Below are positions 111,697 through 126,924 of a stretch of 248,000 nt of DNA, piece after piece; position 1 is the first letter of the stretch, and every line of letters starts with the position of its first letter. A program made the translations under genes and the position numbers. This DNA comes from Wallemia ichthyophaga EXF-994 (taxonomy: Eukaryota; Fungi; Basidiomycota). The stretch spans positions 20,001-268,000 of the forward strand of contig NW_008806284.1 of NCBI RefSeq assembly GCF_000400465.1, written 5' to 3'. The notes under the pieces are model-generated. The model was not told where the DNA came from and ran no database searches. It saw nothing but the letters and a program-made list of their open reading frames with translations.

Positions 111697-114600
111697 ATGG
111701 CCGAGCGCCCCATCCAAGTGAGATTTATAATTTATATCTTATAATCCTGTCTTACGCGTTTAAGTTCTCTGAACATTTACAACTCACTGCTCTGGGTATC
111801 AACCCCGCCAGCATCAGCTTCCAGACACTAACCATGTCCTCTGACAAGTTCATCTGTGTCCGTGAAGGCGATGGTGGGGCAACTCCAAAGCAAGTCGTTA
111901 TCGTCGATCTCAACGACATCAACAACGTTATCAGAAGGCCTATATCTGCTGATTCTGCTATTATGCATCCAGATAGAAAACTCATCGCGTTAAAAGCAGG
112001 TAAACAGCTACAGCTTTTCAACCTTGAGCTTAAGCAGAAAGTCAAATCTCACCTCTCAAACGATGACGTCGTCTACTGGTCCTGGTTGAATCAATCCACT
112101 CTGGGTCTTGTCACTGATTCATCCGTTTTTCACTGGGATATCGATGCTATCGGTGAAAATGCCCCTGTCAAAGTTTTTGATCGTCATCCAAATCTCGCCG
112201 GTTCCCAAATTATCAACTATAGATCCACTGAAGATGGTAAATGGATGGCCCTCATTGGTATTGCCAGCAACTCCAACCCAGACGGCTTTCGCATCAAGGG
112301 CGCAATGCAGCTTTACTCACGTGATAGAGGCGTTTCTCAACCAATAGAAGGTCACGCTGCTGCCTTCTCTGAACTAAAACTCGATGGAAACGCAAACCCT
112401 TCGAAGCTCTTCGCTTTCGCTGTCCGTACTGGCTCAGGCGCCAAACTTCACATTGTCGAAATTGACTACCAAAGTGGTCAAACGCCATACACAAAGAAAG
112501 CTATCGATGTCTTTTTCCCCGCCGAAGCTGCAACGGATTTCCCCGTCGCAATGCAAATATCCAAGAAATACGGCATCATCTATTTGATTACAAAGTTTGG
112601 CTTTGTTCATCTCTATGATATCGAAAACGGTGCTTGCATCTACATGAATAGAATTTCTGGTGATACCGTCTTTGTCACTGCTGAACACGAAGCCACAGAT
112701 GGTTTGATTGGTGTAAATAGAAAGGGCCAAGTTTTATCCGTTTCAATTGACGAGAATACCGTAATTCCTTACATTCTTAGCACTCTCAATAACGTTGAGT
112801 TAGCATTCAAGCTCGCAAGTCGTGGAAACCTTCCAGGTGCTGATGACTTGTATTTGGCTCAATACCAGAATCTCATGGCTAACCAACAATACAATGATGC
112901 TGCCAAGATCGCTGCTAACTCTCCACGTGGCATTCTTCGTACCCCAACCACCATTGAACAATTCAAGTCTCTTCCAGCTGTACCAGGTCAATTATCGCCT
113001 ATACTTCAATACTTTGGTATCCTTTTGGAAAAGGGCGAGCTCAACAAGTTTGAATCACTTGAGCTTTCTCGTCCTGTTCTTCAGCAAGGTCGCAAGCAAC
113101 TCCTCGAAAAGTGGTTGAAAGAGAATAAATTGGAGTGTTCTGAGGAGCTTGGTGATATTGTCCGCTTGCACGACATGACTCTTGCTCTGTCAATTTACTT
113201 ACGCGCAAACATTCCGAACAAAGTTGTTGCAAGCTTTGCAGAGACTGGTCAATTCAACAAAATTCTCGTCTACTCTCAAAAAGTCAACTACACGCCAGAT
113301 TACGCTTTGTTGATGCAGCACATTGTCCGCGTCAACCCAGACCAAGCTGCCGAATTTGCCAGTCAAATTGTCAACGATGAGGCTGGTCCAAAAATTGACA
113401 TTGAGAGGGTGGTTGATGTTTTCCTTGGTCAAAATCTCATCCAGCAAGCTACTTCCTTCTTACTGGATGCTCTTAAGGAAAACAAGCCAGAGCAGGGTCA
113501 CTTACAGACTCGCTTGTTAGAGATTAATCTCATCAACGCTCCTCAAGTAGCCGATGCTATTCTTGGAAATGCCATGTTTACTCACTTTGATCACCCACGC
113601 ATCGCAAACTTGTGTGAAAAAGCTGGTTTACTTCAACGTGCATTGGAGTTATACCAAGATACCAATGACCTCAAGCGTGTTGTCGTACATACTCCATTGC
113701 TCAATCAAGAATGGCTCGTAAATTACTTCGGTCAATTGACCGTTGATCAGACCTTTGCTTGTTTGAATGAAATGCTAAAGGTGAACATCAGACAAACGCT
113801 TCCAATGGTTGTTCAAATTGCTACAAAGTACAGCGAACTGCTTGGATCTCACAAGCTCATCGAGTTGTTTGAAAATTTCAAGACATTTGAAGGTCTTTAC
113901 TACTTCCTCGGATCAGTTGTTAACTTAAGTGAAGACTCTGAAGTTCACTTCAAGTATATTCAAGCTGCTACTCGTACCGGTCAAATTCGTGAAGTTGAGA
114001 GAATTGTTCGTGAATCCAACTTTTACAATCCAGAAAAAGTCAAAAACTTCCTGAAAGAAGTTAAGCTTCCTGATCAGCTTCCTCTTATCATCGTTTGTGA
114101 CAGATATGACTACGTCCACGATCTCGTTCTCTATCTCTTCCAAAACGGACTCACACAGTTCATTTCTACATATGTACAGCAAGTCAACTCAGCTCGTTTA
114201 CCTCAAGTTGTAGGTGGATTGTTAGATGTTGATTGTGATGAGCAAACCATCAAAAACTTGCTCTCATCTGTCTATGGGTTGTTCGATGTCAACGAGCTCG
114301 TTGATGAAGTTGAAAAGCGTAACCGCCTTAAATTGATCCTTCCTTGGCTTGAAGGACGCATCAACGCTGGTCAGGAAGATGCTGCTATTTACAATGCTTT
114401 GGCCAAGATCTACATTGACAGCAACAACAATCCAGAGCATTTCTTGAAAGAGAACAACATTTATGAACCACTCGTTGTTGGCAAATATTGTGAGAAGCGT
114501 GATCCATACCTCGCTTTCATTGCCTTCGCTAAGGGATTCTGCGATGACGAGTTGATTGCTATCACTAATGAAAATGGCATGTACAAGCACCAAGCACGCT

Positions 114601-117030
114601 ATCTCGTCAAGCGTCGTGATCTCGATCTTTGGGCTCAAGTTCTGAACGATGTCAACGAACACCGTCGTTTACTCATCGACCAAATATCGGCAGTTGCTAT
114701 TCCAGAATCGCAAAACCCAGATGATGTTTCTGTTGCAGTGAAGGCATTTATGACCGCTGGTCTGCAGCAAGAGCTCGTTGATATTCTCGAAAAAATCATT
114801 CTCAACCCAACTTCATTCAGCGACAACGGTAGCTTGCAGAACTTGCTCTTGTTAACTGCAATCAGAAGTGATCAAGGTAGAGTGATGAACTACATCAACA
114901 AGCTTCACAACTACGACTTTAACGAGATTGCCAAGATTGCGATTGACAATGACTTGCACGAAGAGGCTTTCACAGTATACAAGAAGCACGAAGCTCATCT
115001 CGAAGCACTTATCGTTCTCGTAGAGCATATCGTCTCTATCGACCGTGCCTTTGACTACACGAAAAAGATTAACGAGCCACCTCTCTGGGCTCGTCTTGCC
115101 AAAGCTCAACTCGACGGTTTAAGAATTACAGATGCGATTGAGTCTTACATCAAGGCGAACGATCCATCCAACTTTGTGGAAGTTATTGAGATGTCAGAGC
115201 GTGCTGAGAAGCATGAGGACTTGGTCAGATATTTACAAATGGCACGTAACACAGCTCGCGAGCCAAAGATTGACTCTACTCTTGTCTACTGTCTTTGCAA
115301 GACGGACAGACTTCAAGACGCCGAAGACTTCCTCCACATGACCAATGTTGCTGACGTACTTGAAGTCGGTGAGAAGTGTTTCAACGACGGTCTTTACTTG
115401 GCAGCCAAGGTTCTCTTCACCTCTATCTCCAATTACGCTAGATTGGCGACGACACTCATTTACCTCGAAGACAACCAAGCTGCAGTTGAGTGCGCTCGTA
115501 AGGCGGGCAATACACAAGTGTGGAAGCAGGTCTGTCTTGCTTGTGTTGATAAGGAAGACTTCAAATTGGCTAAGATTTGTGGTCTTAATTTGATTGTTCA
115601 CCCAGAAGAGCTCCAAGCTATCATTTCACTTTACGAGTCTCGCGGGTTATTCCAAGAAATGCTCGATCTCTTTGAGGCTGGTCTTGGTCTCGAGCGTGCC
115701 CACATGGGTCTCTTCACCGAGACTGCCATTGCATACGCTAAATATCAACCAGAGAGCATGTTTGAGCATCTGAAGTGGGTGCTATTTTCACTCTCGCGCT
115801 CAACTGACAATTATTGCAGGCTTTACGGCTCTCGTCTCAATATTCCTAAGGTCATCAAGTCCGCTAAAGAAGGACACCTCTGGTGGGTAATAAGTTACTA
115901 TTTAATGATATAACTAATTAGCAAACAGGAGAGAGCTTGTTTATCTTTACATTGCGTACGCTGAGTGGGATAACGCTGCACTCAACACTATCGAGCACAG
116001 CGCTGATGCATGGGACCACCAACAGTTCCGTGATGTACTCAGCAAGGTTGCAAATGCTGAGATATTCTACAAAGCACTTTCATTTTATCAGGAGCAGCAC
116101 CCAACGCTTCTGACAGACCTTTTAACAGCTCTCATTTCACGTATCGATCACTCGAGAGTAGTGTCAATGTTTAGACAATCAGACAACTTGCCATTGGTAC
116201 GAGCATACTTGATTGCAGTGCAGAACTTGGATGTTGCAGCTGTTAATGAGGCTGTTCATGATTTGTTGATTGAAGAGGAAGACTACCAGACGCTATTGGA
116301 TGTTATTGATCAATACCAAAGCTTCGATCAGCTTGGTTTAGCTGCAAGATTGGAACAGCATGAGCTGTTAGCTTTTAGAAGAATAGCAGCACATCTTTAC
116401 AAAGTCAACAAAAAGTACGAAGAATCTATCAACCTCTCTAAGAGCGATAAGCTTTACGTCGATGCTATACAGACCGCATCTACAAGTGAAGATGTTCAGG
116501 TATCAGAAGATTTATTGACTTATTGGGTTGATATTGGCAACAAAGAACTCTTCACCGCTCACTTATACCTTTGCTTTAAGCTGGTGAGACCGGATATCGT
116601 CGAGGAGTTGGCGTGGTTCAATGGACTCGAAGACTTTGCTAAACCATATCAATTTGAGTTGAGGAGACAGACTCAAGATCGTATCAAAGCACTTGAGAAA
116701 AAGGTCCAAGAGCAGGCTACTAAGTCTGCCAAGAAGGAGGAAGATGAAGATTCACAGCCAATTATGGGACCAGGATTTAATGTGAGTTTGCGTGACTGCT
116801 ACGGTGGATTCTCTGACAAAACGCATTAGCAAACGCTCATGATTGGTGGTCCATCAGGATGGAATGGTGCTAACGGGGTGACTCCTCAACAAACAGGTCT
116901 GATGCCTCAAGGTACTGGCATGATGCCACAGGGCACCGGTATGATGCCTCAAGCGACTGGATATCAAGGAGGTGTAAGTGGTGATAGTGTTGTGTGTCTT
117001 AGCTGACGGTGATCATAGTTTGGATACTAA
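111697..117030 (+). CDS. CHC1: Clathrin heavy chain
   Basis: [32 protein letters not shown]. Confidence 0.98.
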
Positions 117031-117318
117031 AATGACTACAAAAGCTGATTTTTACTGAACTACTAAACAATATGTAAAATACATAACATCATTTCTGTTT
117101 CATCCGTGTGTCCGTCTCGTGAATGAAATGAAAATCGCAGGCCTGTGCGCCAAAAAAGGGTTGTGCAGCTGCAGGGCAAGAAAGAGAGGGCAGTATTCGA
117201 TAACTAGCTGCATCAATCAAACACCTTTCTCATTGTAACTTCTTGTGTATTATTCCACCCGCGTTACTCCGATTGAGCTGTGAACTGACTTTCTTCGTAA
117301 CCACCATCACCATCACTT

Positions 117319-120300
117319 ATGAGTGAATACAGTTTAGGCGTCCGCGTGTGAGGTGTACAGCAGCAGCACAGTTCTTTCTAACGGCGAGCAGGTGGATCGC
117401 AGACAAAGCAGAGGGATGGATTGGTGCTGAAGTCACTGCCCGCACTGAGGACGCGCTTACCTTTGTGGATGAAAGGGGCAACGTAAGATTCATATGTTGT
117501 ATCTCTCTAGCCGCCCCTAACTACCGGTCCCCAGGAAATCACAAAGAAAACGTCAGACAAGGACCTTCCTTTGTTACGAAACCCCGTTTTACTTGAAGGT
117601 ACAGACGATCTTGTCAATTTGTCATATCTGAATGAGGTGAGCTGTCTTTACTGGATGTTTTCAATCTCGCTCACCCCTCTGACAGCCAGCTGTCCTCTAT
117701 TCTATTAAGCGTCGCTACGCTCAACACTCCATTTATACCTACTCTGGAATCGTCCTTATAGCCGTGAATCCTTTCGCAAAGTTATCCGTTTATGGCCCTG
117801 CTATTATGCAGGCTTACTCTACGCGCAGGCGCGGTGAGCTGGAACCTCATATTTACGCTATAGCCCAAGATGCTCATGCATCCATGACAAGAGACAATAA
117901 AAATCAAACTATGGTTGTCTCTGGTGAATCTGGCGCTGGTAAAACCGTATCCGCTAGGCATATAATGCAATACCTCGCCTTCTTAGGCCAAGACGGTCCA
118001 GGCGGTGCTTCAAGTGGCACTGATGCTAGTATTCTCGCTACCAATCCTGTCATGGAAGCTTTCGGTAACGCCAAAACCATCCGTAATAACAACTCAAGTA
118101 GATTCGGTAGATACCTCAAAATCCTTTTCGATAATCAATGTAACATTATCGGAGCTCAAACTAGCATATACCTTCTCGAGAGGTCTCGATTAATATTTCA
118201 GCCTGAAGGTGAAAGAAATTATCACATCTTCCATCAGCTCTGCGCAGGTGTGCCACCTAAAGAGAGAGCTGAGCTACGTTTGGGTGCAAGCAGTGATTTC
118301 CATTACCTTAATCAAGGCGGTTCTGCTTTAATCCCAGGCGTGGATGACGCCGCTGAATTTGAAATAACACAAAAAGCCCTGTCTACTCTTGGTATTGGCG
118401 TTGAGAAGCAGTGGAATATCTTCAAACTTCTCGCTGCTCTCCTTCACCTCGGCAACGTCAAGATTGGCCAGACAAGAACAGATGCAACTCTTAGCGAAGA
118501 AGATGAAGCATTCCAAATCGCAACTGAATTCTTGGGTATTAGTCTTTCTGACTTTAAGAAGTGGACTGTTAAAAAACAGATTATTACACGTGGAGAGTCT
118601 ATTGTTAGTTCACTCAATGCCGCTCAAGCGAGCGTTGTCAGAGATTCTGTTGCTAAATATATCTACGCCTGTCTCTTTGATTGGCTGGTTGCTGTCCTCA
118701 ATGAAGCTTTGTACAAGAAAGAAGACTCTTCTAGGTTTAACAGCTTCATCGGTGTCTTGGATATTTATGGTTTCGAGCATTTCAAGCGCAACTCTTTCGA
118801 ACAGTTTTGCATCAATTATGCTAATGAGAAGTTGCAACAAGAGGTGGGTATTAGTAATTTTGCATGATGTTTTGCTAATTTGGCATTAGTTCAACGCGCA
118901 TGTCTTCAAACTTGAGCAAGATGAGTATATCAAGGAGGAGATACATTGGGAATTCATATCATTTTCTGATAATAGACCAACCATCGACATGATTGAAGGA
119001 AAACTTGGGATTCTTTCACTCTTAGATGAGGAGTCTAGGATGCCATCTGGAACCGATCAAAACTTCCTCGAGAAACTCCACACACAACTCACCAAACCAG
119101 AATACAAAGACATTTACAAGAAGCCAAGATTTGGTAATACTGCATTCACTGTTGCGCACTATGCCCACGATGTTGCCTACGAAGCTGAAGGTTTCCTTGA
119201 GAAAAACCGGGACACTGTACCAGACGAGCACCTTCAACTTCTTGGTAGTTCATCAAATGAGTTCCTTCGCGAGGTCATCGAGATTGCTGTTGCATCAAAC
119301 GCAGCGGCTACTCCACCTACATCTACCGCGGCTAACAACGTAGCAGTTGGCCGCCGACAAAACCTCAAGAAGCCAACACTTGGATCTATCTTCAAGAGCT
119401 CTTTGATCTCGCTGATGGAAACTATCAACGACACCAATGCACATTACATCCGCTGTATAAAGCCAAACGAGCACAAAAAAGCCTGGGATATAGATTCACA
119501 GCAAGTCTTGTCTCAACTTCGTGCGTGTGGTGTTCTCGAGACAATCAAGATATCGAGTGCAGGTTATCCGACAAGATGGTCGTATGCAGAGTTTACTGAT
119601 CGTTACTACCCACTTGTTAGCTCAGATCACTGGATGGGTGATATGAAAGGTCTATGCCTTCAAATTCTGCAAGATAACATTAAGGATGAAGACAAATACC
119701 AAATTGGTCTTTCTAAGATATTCTTCAGAGCTGGAATGTTGGCCTATCTGGAGAAGTTACGTGCTGATCGTCTCAATGCTCTTGTCACTCTGATACAGAA
119801 GAATATCCTGAGATTTTTACATGTCAAATATTACAAAAAGATTCGTAACGCCACGCTTACTATCCAAACCTGGTGGAGAAGAGCTCTGGCTATTAGATAC
119901 GTCGAGAAGCTTCGTCGTGATACCATCATCTTTAGATTACAAAGCGCTGGTCGTAGGAAGTTGGCTGTGGGCAAGTTCCAAGCAGCTCGCAAGATAGTTA
120001 TTCTTAGTCAAGCTCGTAAGTGATTAACCATGCGAACAAAAGACTTTCTGACCATTTAACTAGACATTCGTGGTATGCAAGCAAGAGTTGGATTTGTAGA
120101 CTTCAAGTACAGATCATCTGCACTCACATTGCAGCGCGTTGCACGTGGAGTGTGAGTGGAGCTTATTTGTTTTCTTTTTACATTCCCAGCTAATTATATA
120201 ACAGTATCGTACGTCGTGAACATGATAAGTCGCTTCGGGGTATAATTCACTTGCAAGCTTGCTACAGACGTATACTTGCTCGTAAAGAGTTCAAGCAGCT

Positions 120301-122365
120301 CAAGAGCGAAGCACGCTCTGTTGCACACATCCAAGAAGTCTCCTACAAACTTGAAAACAAGGTCGTCGAACTCACTCAAAATCTTCAAAAGACTCGTGAG
120401 GAGAAAAAGGATCTCACACGCCGTTGCAATCAACTTGAGAAGCAACTTGGAAATATGCAAAATCGTCACGAGGACAGCGATCAGCGTTTGAAGGAGATGA
120501 TGAATGAGTTGGCTAAGCCTACTGTGGGATTATCTGACTTCAATGAACTTGAATTATTTAAGCGTGATCTTCAAACTCAAGTTTCGACACTCAAAATCGA
120601 TGTCCAGGAACGTGATAAACAAATTAGACAACATAAGGACGAGTTGACCCATCAAGCACAAGAGATCGACAGTAAGAGTGCACAAGCAGCAGAATCTGCT
120701 GCTCGTGCAGCTGACGAAACAATCGTAAATCAACTTAAGACTGAGATTGTTAGTCTTAAGGACCAGCTTCATCGTGCAAACACTCTTAATGCACTAGAGC
120801 ATGGAAGTGCGAAATCGAAACAGATCACCGCACCAACGTTCTCAATGCATCTCGGCAAATCTAATGAGAACGTTGCTGCACTTGTGAATGGTGCCAACAG
120901 TCCTACAGTCGAGGGTAATCCTTCTGATGCACTCGAAGCTCTTGGTTTACCTCCAAACAAACGTCGTCAACGTAGACACTCAGCTAATGGCGCTTTCTTG
121001 GAGCAGAACGGAGAAGGACGGGATTCATCAGATGAAGCACTTTCTGCTGGTAAACGCAATGAGGCCACCCCACGTGCTGTGTCGGTTGCATACCCGTCAG
121101 CTGAGACTGCTAACAAGCTGAAGGGTTTGAACGGACGTGCATATTTCCCAGAAGTGCTTGACGATCCATCTGAAGAGATGATCAAGTTGTTGGAGGATGA
121201 GCAGAGTATTGATGAAGACATATTGGTCACAATGATTCATGAACTCAAAGTACCCCTCCCAAGCTTGCAGAACCCACCTTCTGCCAAGGAAGTACTTTTC
121301 CCAGCCCACATAATGTCACTTGTCACCAACGAAATGTGGAAGTACTGTCTTATCATGGAGAGCGAGAGACTATTGGCAAACGTTATGCAAACAATCCAGC
121401 AGCATGTCATGAGCTTCCAAGGGGAGGATGCGATCGTACCAGGATTATTCTGGTTGTCTAACGTACACGAGGTATGGTCATTCGTGTGCGTGACTGAGGA
121501 TGATATGCTCCAGGGCATTGTTCCAGGTGGCGATGACCCAGACCGTCCGCTTGACTGGCCAGCTTATGAGCAACTCATCACTGTCGTCAAGCACGATCTC
121601 GAGAGTTTGGAGTACAACATTTACTTTGCATTTATGGAAGAAACCAAGAAAAAGTTGCGCAAGATGATTGTACCTGCGCTCATTGAATCACAATCACTAC
121701 CAGGCTTTATCACCTCCGACACTGGTGGTAGACTGTTCAACAGACTGCTGCAAGGCAACTCACACCCAGCCTTCAGCATGGATGACATACTAAACTTGCT
121801 CAACAAGGTATGGAAGTGTCTTAAATCATACCGCCTTGACGAGCCGGTCGTCCTGCAAGTAATGACTGAATTATTACGACTTATTGGAAACGTTGGCTTT
121901 AATGACCTGTTGATGAGACGCAATTTCAATTCATGGAAGCGTGCAATGCAAATTCAATACAACTTGACGAGGCTGGAGGAATGGTGCAAGAGTCACGATC
122001 TTCCAGAAGGCTGCTTGCACCTGGAGTACATGATGCAAGCCACCAAGCTTCTTCAACTGAAGAAAGCAACTACCCAAGACATGGAGATCATTTTCGACGT
122101 CTGTTGGATTCTGTCACCATCTCAGCTCCACAAGCTTATCACTGGCTACATGATCGCTGATTACGAAAGCCCACTGTCGCCGCACGTCCTGCAGACCGTC
122201 AGCGCTAGACTGTCCAGTGACAGAAATGATCATCTTTTACTTGCAGAAGAGGAAGGTTCGAACTTTGAGCTACCGCAGCCACGTCAAGTCATAGGATTAG
122301 ATCTTTACATTCCTGGAACGGTGAGCGTTCCTCACCTGCGCCGTATCGCCGGCTTGGCTGCTTAG
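117319..122365 (+). CDS. MYO2: Class V myosin
   Basis: SGESGAGKT, NNNSSRFG, six IQ motifs, coiled coil, DIL domain. Confidence 0.96.
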
Positions 122366-122674
122366 AGATGTGGACAGTTTTTCACTTTGATTTCAATCTC
122401 ACTCCGTAACGATATGTGCATGTGCAAGAGGATTTGTGTTTAAAATACTATGAATTCAAATAATTTTCTGATTTATTTCGTTTTTGTGAGGAGTGTCGGT
122501 GTGCGAATGTTGAGGCTGAAGAAGATTTTCAAGTCGCAGCACTTCGGATCATATCAAGTAGATTTCCTTATTAGTGATTGAAACTTTAGTTGAGGAAGTG
122601 CACCCCACCCTCTAAAATATTTATGTCTTAATAAAGTCATCATAATAACATCAAAATTACAAAATACAATATCT

Positions 122675-125359
122675 TTATTCACCCTTAACGAGTTGAGGCA
122701 GCTTACCCAAATCCTCATGATCAGCTCCAGTTTCATTGGCATACTTCTCCATATTCCTACCCTCATGCAGCCAATTCGTGCCGTAGAGGTGAGCGACAGT
122801 GGATGCGTGTGACTGTGGCGAGTAGTGCGCGACTTCTTTAATAGCCCTATCCGCAACTTGGAATCTGGATACCTTGTTCCAGTGAAGCATCAACCAAGGT
122901 GTAGTTGTGGTGCCGTTCTCCTTGTAAGAATCAATTGAGAATCGTCCCCTGTTAAGTGAGTGTTCTCTCTGGAACAGAAGAGAGGAAACTTGTAAAGCAT
123001 AACCGTGGTAACTGATCAACACTGGCTTTTCTTTGGTAAAGAGACTGTTGAATGAGTTTTCATCTAATGCGTGTGGATGATCTTGCTTGTTTCCAGCCAA
123101 AATCATAAGGTCGTAAATGTTCACCACCCTTACTCTCACTCCAGAGTTTCTCAAAAGCACACTCGCAGCTAACACTTCGAATGTAACCTCTGTACCGATA
123201 CCGACGAGTACGACTTCTGGATCAACACCTTGGTCTGTTGAGTACTCCTTCCAAACACTAGCACCGGCAATACAATGCTTTTCGGCTTGGTCTGCGGACA
123301 TCAATACAGGTCCGGGTTGCTTGCTGCCGACAATCTGCACGACTCGTTAGTTAGTTGATCGCAACAATCTTCCGTACGCACCAAGTTGAGGTAATTTTTT
123401 GACCTCAAGCAGTGAGCGATGCATGAAAGCGTAGTATTGACGTCTATTGGGAAGTAGATTCTCGAAAGGTGCGCAGGGAAAGTCTGGAAGGTGGATATTA
123501 ATCCAGGCGCTTGGTGTGAGTAACCGTTGTGTTCTTGTCTCCATAAGGTACTCGTCGCAATGTAGTTAAGCGAGCTGACATCACCTCTGAACTGTACCTC
123601 TTTGCACGACTTGATAAATTTGGAATACTGAGTCATCATCGTGGCTGCAATGCCTAGGAAGGCTTCATACGAAGGGAATAAACCTGTGCGGCCTGTGAGA
123701 GTGTATCCTTGCAAGAAGCCTTGAAGTGTGTGTTCTGAGAGCATCTCAATTACTCTGCCTCCCTTGTGTGCACTTTCAGGGTCCCATTGGAAGTCACGGC
123801 TAGTGACGTCGAAAACTTTGTGCAGCTTGTTCGACTCCAGCTCATCAGGACTGAACATTCTAAATGTTTCTGGATTTTGCTTCATGACATCGGCAAGGAA
123901 CTCGCCTGTAGCAATCATTGGCGAGTATGTTTCACCTTGACTCTTAGTGTGATTCTTCCATTGAGGAACATTGAGCGATTGATGTGCGTCGTAAGTTTCT
124001 TTCACTTGGCCAAGTCTGAGTGACTCTTTTGCTGGGACAATCGAGAGAGCTTCTTTATCGACAAACTCACCATCCTCCTTCTCAAGGTTGAAAATTTCAT
124101 CCGGCTGGTACGACTTCAACCACTTACCAAGAACTGAGAATTCCTCATCATCTGATTTACACTTAGGAAGTGGAACTTGGTGGGAGTGGAAAGAGCCTTC
124201 GAGAGGTGTGTTGTGGATTTGGCGTGGACCGGTGTAACCCTTTGGAGTTCTCAACACAATGAATGGGAAGCGAGGTTTTTCGATTGGGTTTCCAGATCTA
124301 GCAGCGTGCTGAATTTTGCGGATCTCACCATAAGCCCATTCCATAGAAACAGCAAGATCGGCATTAACTCTGCGGTCTTTCTCCGTATGCTCCTCAAATG
124401 AGCTAGCGAGCGGTCCGTACTCAACGAAACGGACCTGGTAGCCATATCCACTGTACAGTGCGACAAGCTCAAGATCGTCAGCCGCACCTGGAATGGTACG
124501 TTCGCTAATTTTGTAACCGTTTACATGAAGAATAGGCAACACTGCACCTGATTCTGCCGGATCGATGAATTTGTGTGAGTGCAAACTAGCAGCCGTAGGC
124601 CCTGTTTCAGATTCACCATCACCGATGACGCAAACTGCGATCATATCCGGCTTATCCATGATAGCGCCGAAAGAAACAGCAAGAGCATAGCCTAGCTCAC
124701 CACCCTCGTGAATACTGCCTGGGACTTGTGCGGAAACGTGCGATGGGAAGGTACCGCCTGGGAAAGAGAAGCAGCGTGCGAAAGCTTCGAAGCCATCCTT
124801 GTTCATGGTGTACTGAGGATAGAATTTAGTGATGGAGCCTTCCAAGAATAAGCTGGCGAGAATTGCAGGTGCACCGTGACCAGGGCCAGTGACGAAGATG
124901 GATTTGAGATCGGTGCCTTCTTTCTCGCGGCGCTTGATAAGCGCGTTGGTGTGGGCGTAAACGAGGTTTAGGCCCGGGCAGGTACCAAAGTGACCAAGCA
125001 AGCGTGGCTTGATATCGTCCTTGCTAAGCTGGCGGCTGAGTAAGGTGTTGCTTTTTAAGAAAATCATGGAAACAGCGATGAAGTTGGCGCTGTGGGTAGT
125101 GTAAGCGTGAATTTAGCAGTGAATATGGAACTCACGCTCTCTGGAAAGCTATCAAGCCATTCAGATTCCAATCAGCCTCGTTCTTGAGTACTGAATCTAC
125201 ATTCAAATCAACAGCGAGCTTGCTAAGGTCCTTAGGTAGCTGCGATGGGCGAGGCTCTTCACCTCTGTTTTGGGCGTCGATGATATTATGTGTCATGAAT
125301 GTTTGGTGCAAGGAGCGATTGGTTGTATCCACACGGGGTGTAATCATTGATGACATCAT
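122675..125359 (-). CDS. Xylulose-5-P/fructose-6-P phosphoketolase (XFP)
   Basis: LGHFGTCPGL, GPGHGAP, HEGGELGY, GDGESETGP, RQEHNGYSHQ. Confidence 0.95.
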
Positions 125360-125373
125360 ACAAATAAACAAAT

Positions 125374-126702
125374 CTACAAACTCAGAGTCATCTTGGCTTG
125401 ACGAGCTGCTTCTCCCTCCTCATCTGTCCAGCAGACGTATGCTGGAATCTTGCTTGTGTCGTTGCTGAGTGCAAATGCACCGTCTGCTTCTCTATCGCCC
125501 GCCTGTTCATTGAGCGAGTCGACGACAGATACGCCGAACACACTAAGTCTATCCGCGACATCTTTCCTCAACCTTGCTGACTTCTCTCCGATGCCACCGC
125601 TAAAGACCAGCGCATCGATCGCCTTCTTTGGGTGAGTCCCGAAGGACAGTTTCTGTAGATACGCGAGAAGATACTGTGTGAGTCTGTCCAAATAAACAGC
125701 ATATGCCAGAGCGAAAGCATTTGGCATTTCCTCTTGATACCATGGTTTCCAGCATTCAGCATCCGCTTCTGGAATTTCCTCTAAAATTTTCCCGAAGTTG
125801 GACGTACCGCACAAGCCGACGAATCCACCTTGCTTATTCATGACATACTCACCTCTCGATACGCGCATGCCATTAACGTCGACAGTCTCTGCGACGTCGC
125901 GAATCAAGTGGAAGATAAGTGTAGGGTCGATCGAACCTGTTCTGCTCCCACCCGGCAGACCTGCTTTATGTCAGAAAACACCACTAATACACTTCAACAC
126001 ACCTTCCAGTGGTGTCAGACCCATCGTTGTGTCGACTGAGATGCCATTCTTGATCGCGCACGCACTACCTCCACTGCCTAGATGTGCGACGACAATACTG
126101 GTCTCTGTTTCCTTTTTACCTAGCTTGGATGCCACTGACCGGAGTATACTGTGGTAGGACAGACCGTGCGCGCCGTACTTCTGCAGCGGAATGCGTGGCT
126201 CGTGGTCCGGCTTGCCGATCGCATACTTGCGCACTGCTTCCGGTAGAGTGCGATGGAAAAGCGTGTCGAACACTATCACCGCTGGCGATGCAGGCAAATG
126301 CTCAAGAACAGCCTCGAGCGCCATCAGTGCTGGTTTGTTGTGCAAAGGGGCAAACGCGCTGATTCTGTCGAGGTCCTTGAGTTTGTCGGAGTGCTCCTGC
126401 GTCACTACGATTGGCTTGTCGATGTCGCCCCCGTGTACAACTCTATGTGACGTAGCGGTGATGTCGTTCGGTTGCAGCTCGAGTGCACGGAAAACCTTAT
126501 CAAGAAGCGTCTTGAAGACATCGTTGTAGGCTGTGCCTTTGCTAATGCTCTCGGAGACGTTCGCTCCGCTGCCGCTGATCTTGATCATGGGCTCCTCAGA
126601 AATGTTCGACGCTCCACCGGATGCGAGTGGCGTGAGGTCTGTGCTGAAGAGCTTGAATTTAATACTTGAGCTCCCACAATTAAATGCGATAATTTTTGTC
126701 AT
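125374..126702 (-). CDS. Acetate kinase
   Basis: AFNCGSSSIKF, HRVVHGG, APLHN, AHLGSGGSACAI, TTMGLTPLEG, FSGGIGE. Confidence 0.95.
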
Positions 126703-126924
126703 GATTGTTGAGCACGAACAACTTTATCCATCAAATGACATCATCTGGGAGTACTGGTCAGGATCTCTATTTTTAACCACAGTCGATAGAGTCAATTGTG
126801 TAAGAGCTATTATAAATAACCGAAAGCATCTATTCTCGCATTCTGAGCGATGAAAATTTCATCTTGTTGCTTGTCTCAGCGACTTCCACCGTGCTAAAAC
126901 GCGTTATTACAAGAAAAATATTCA

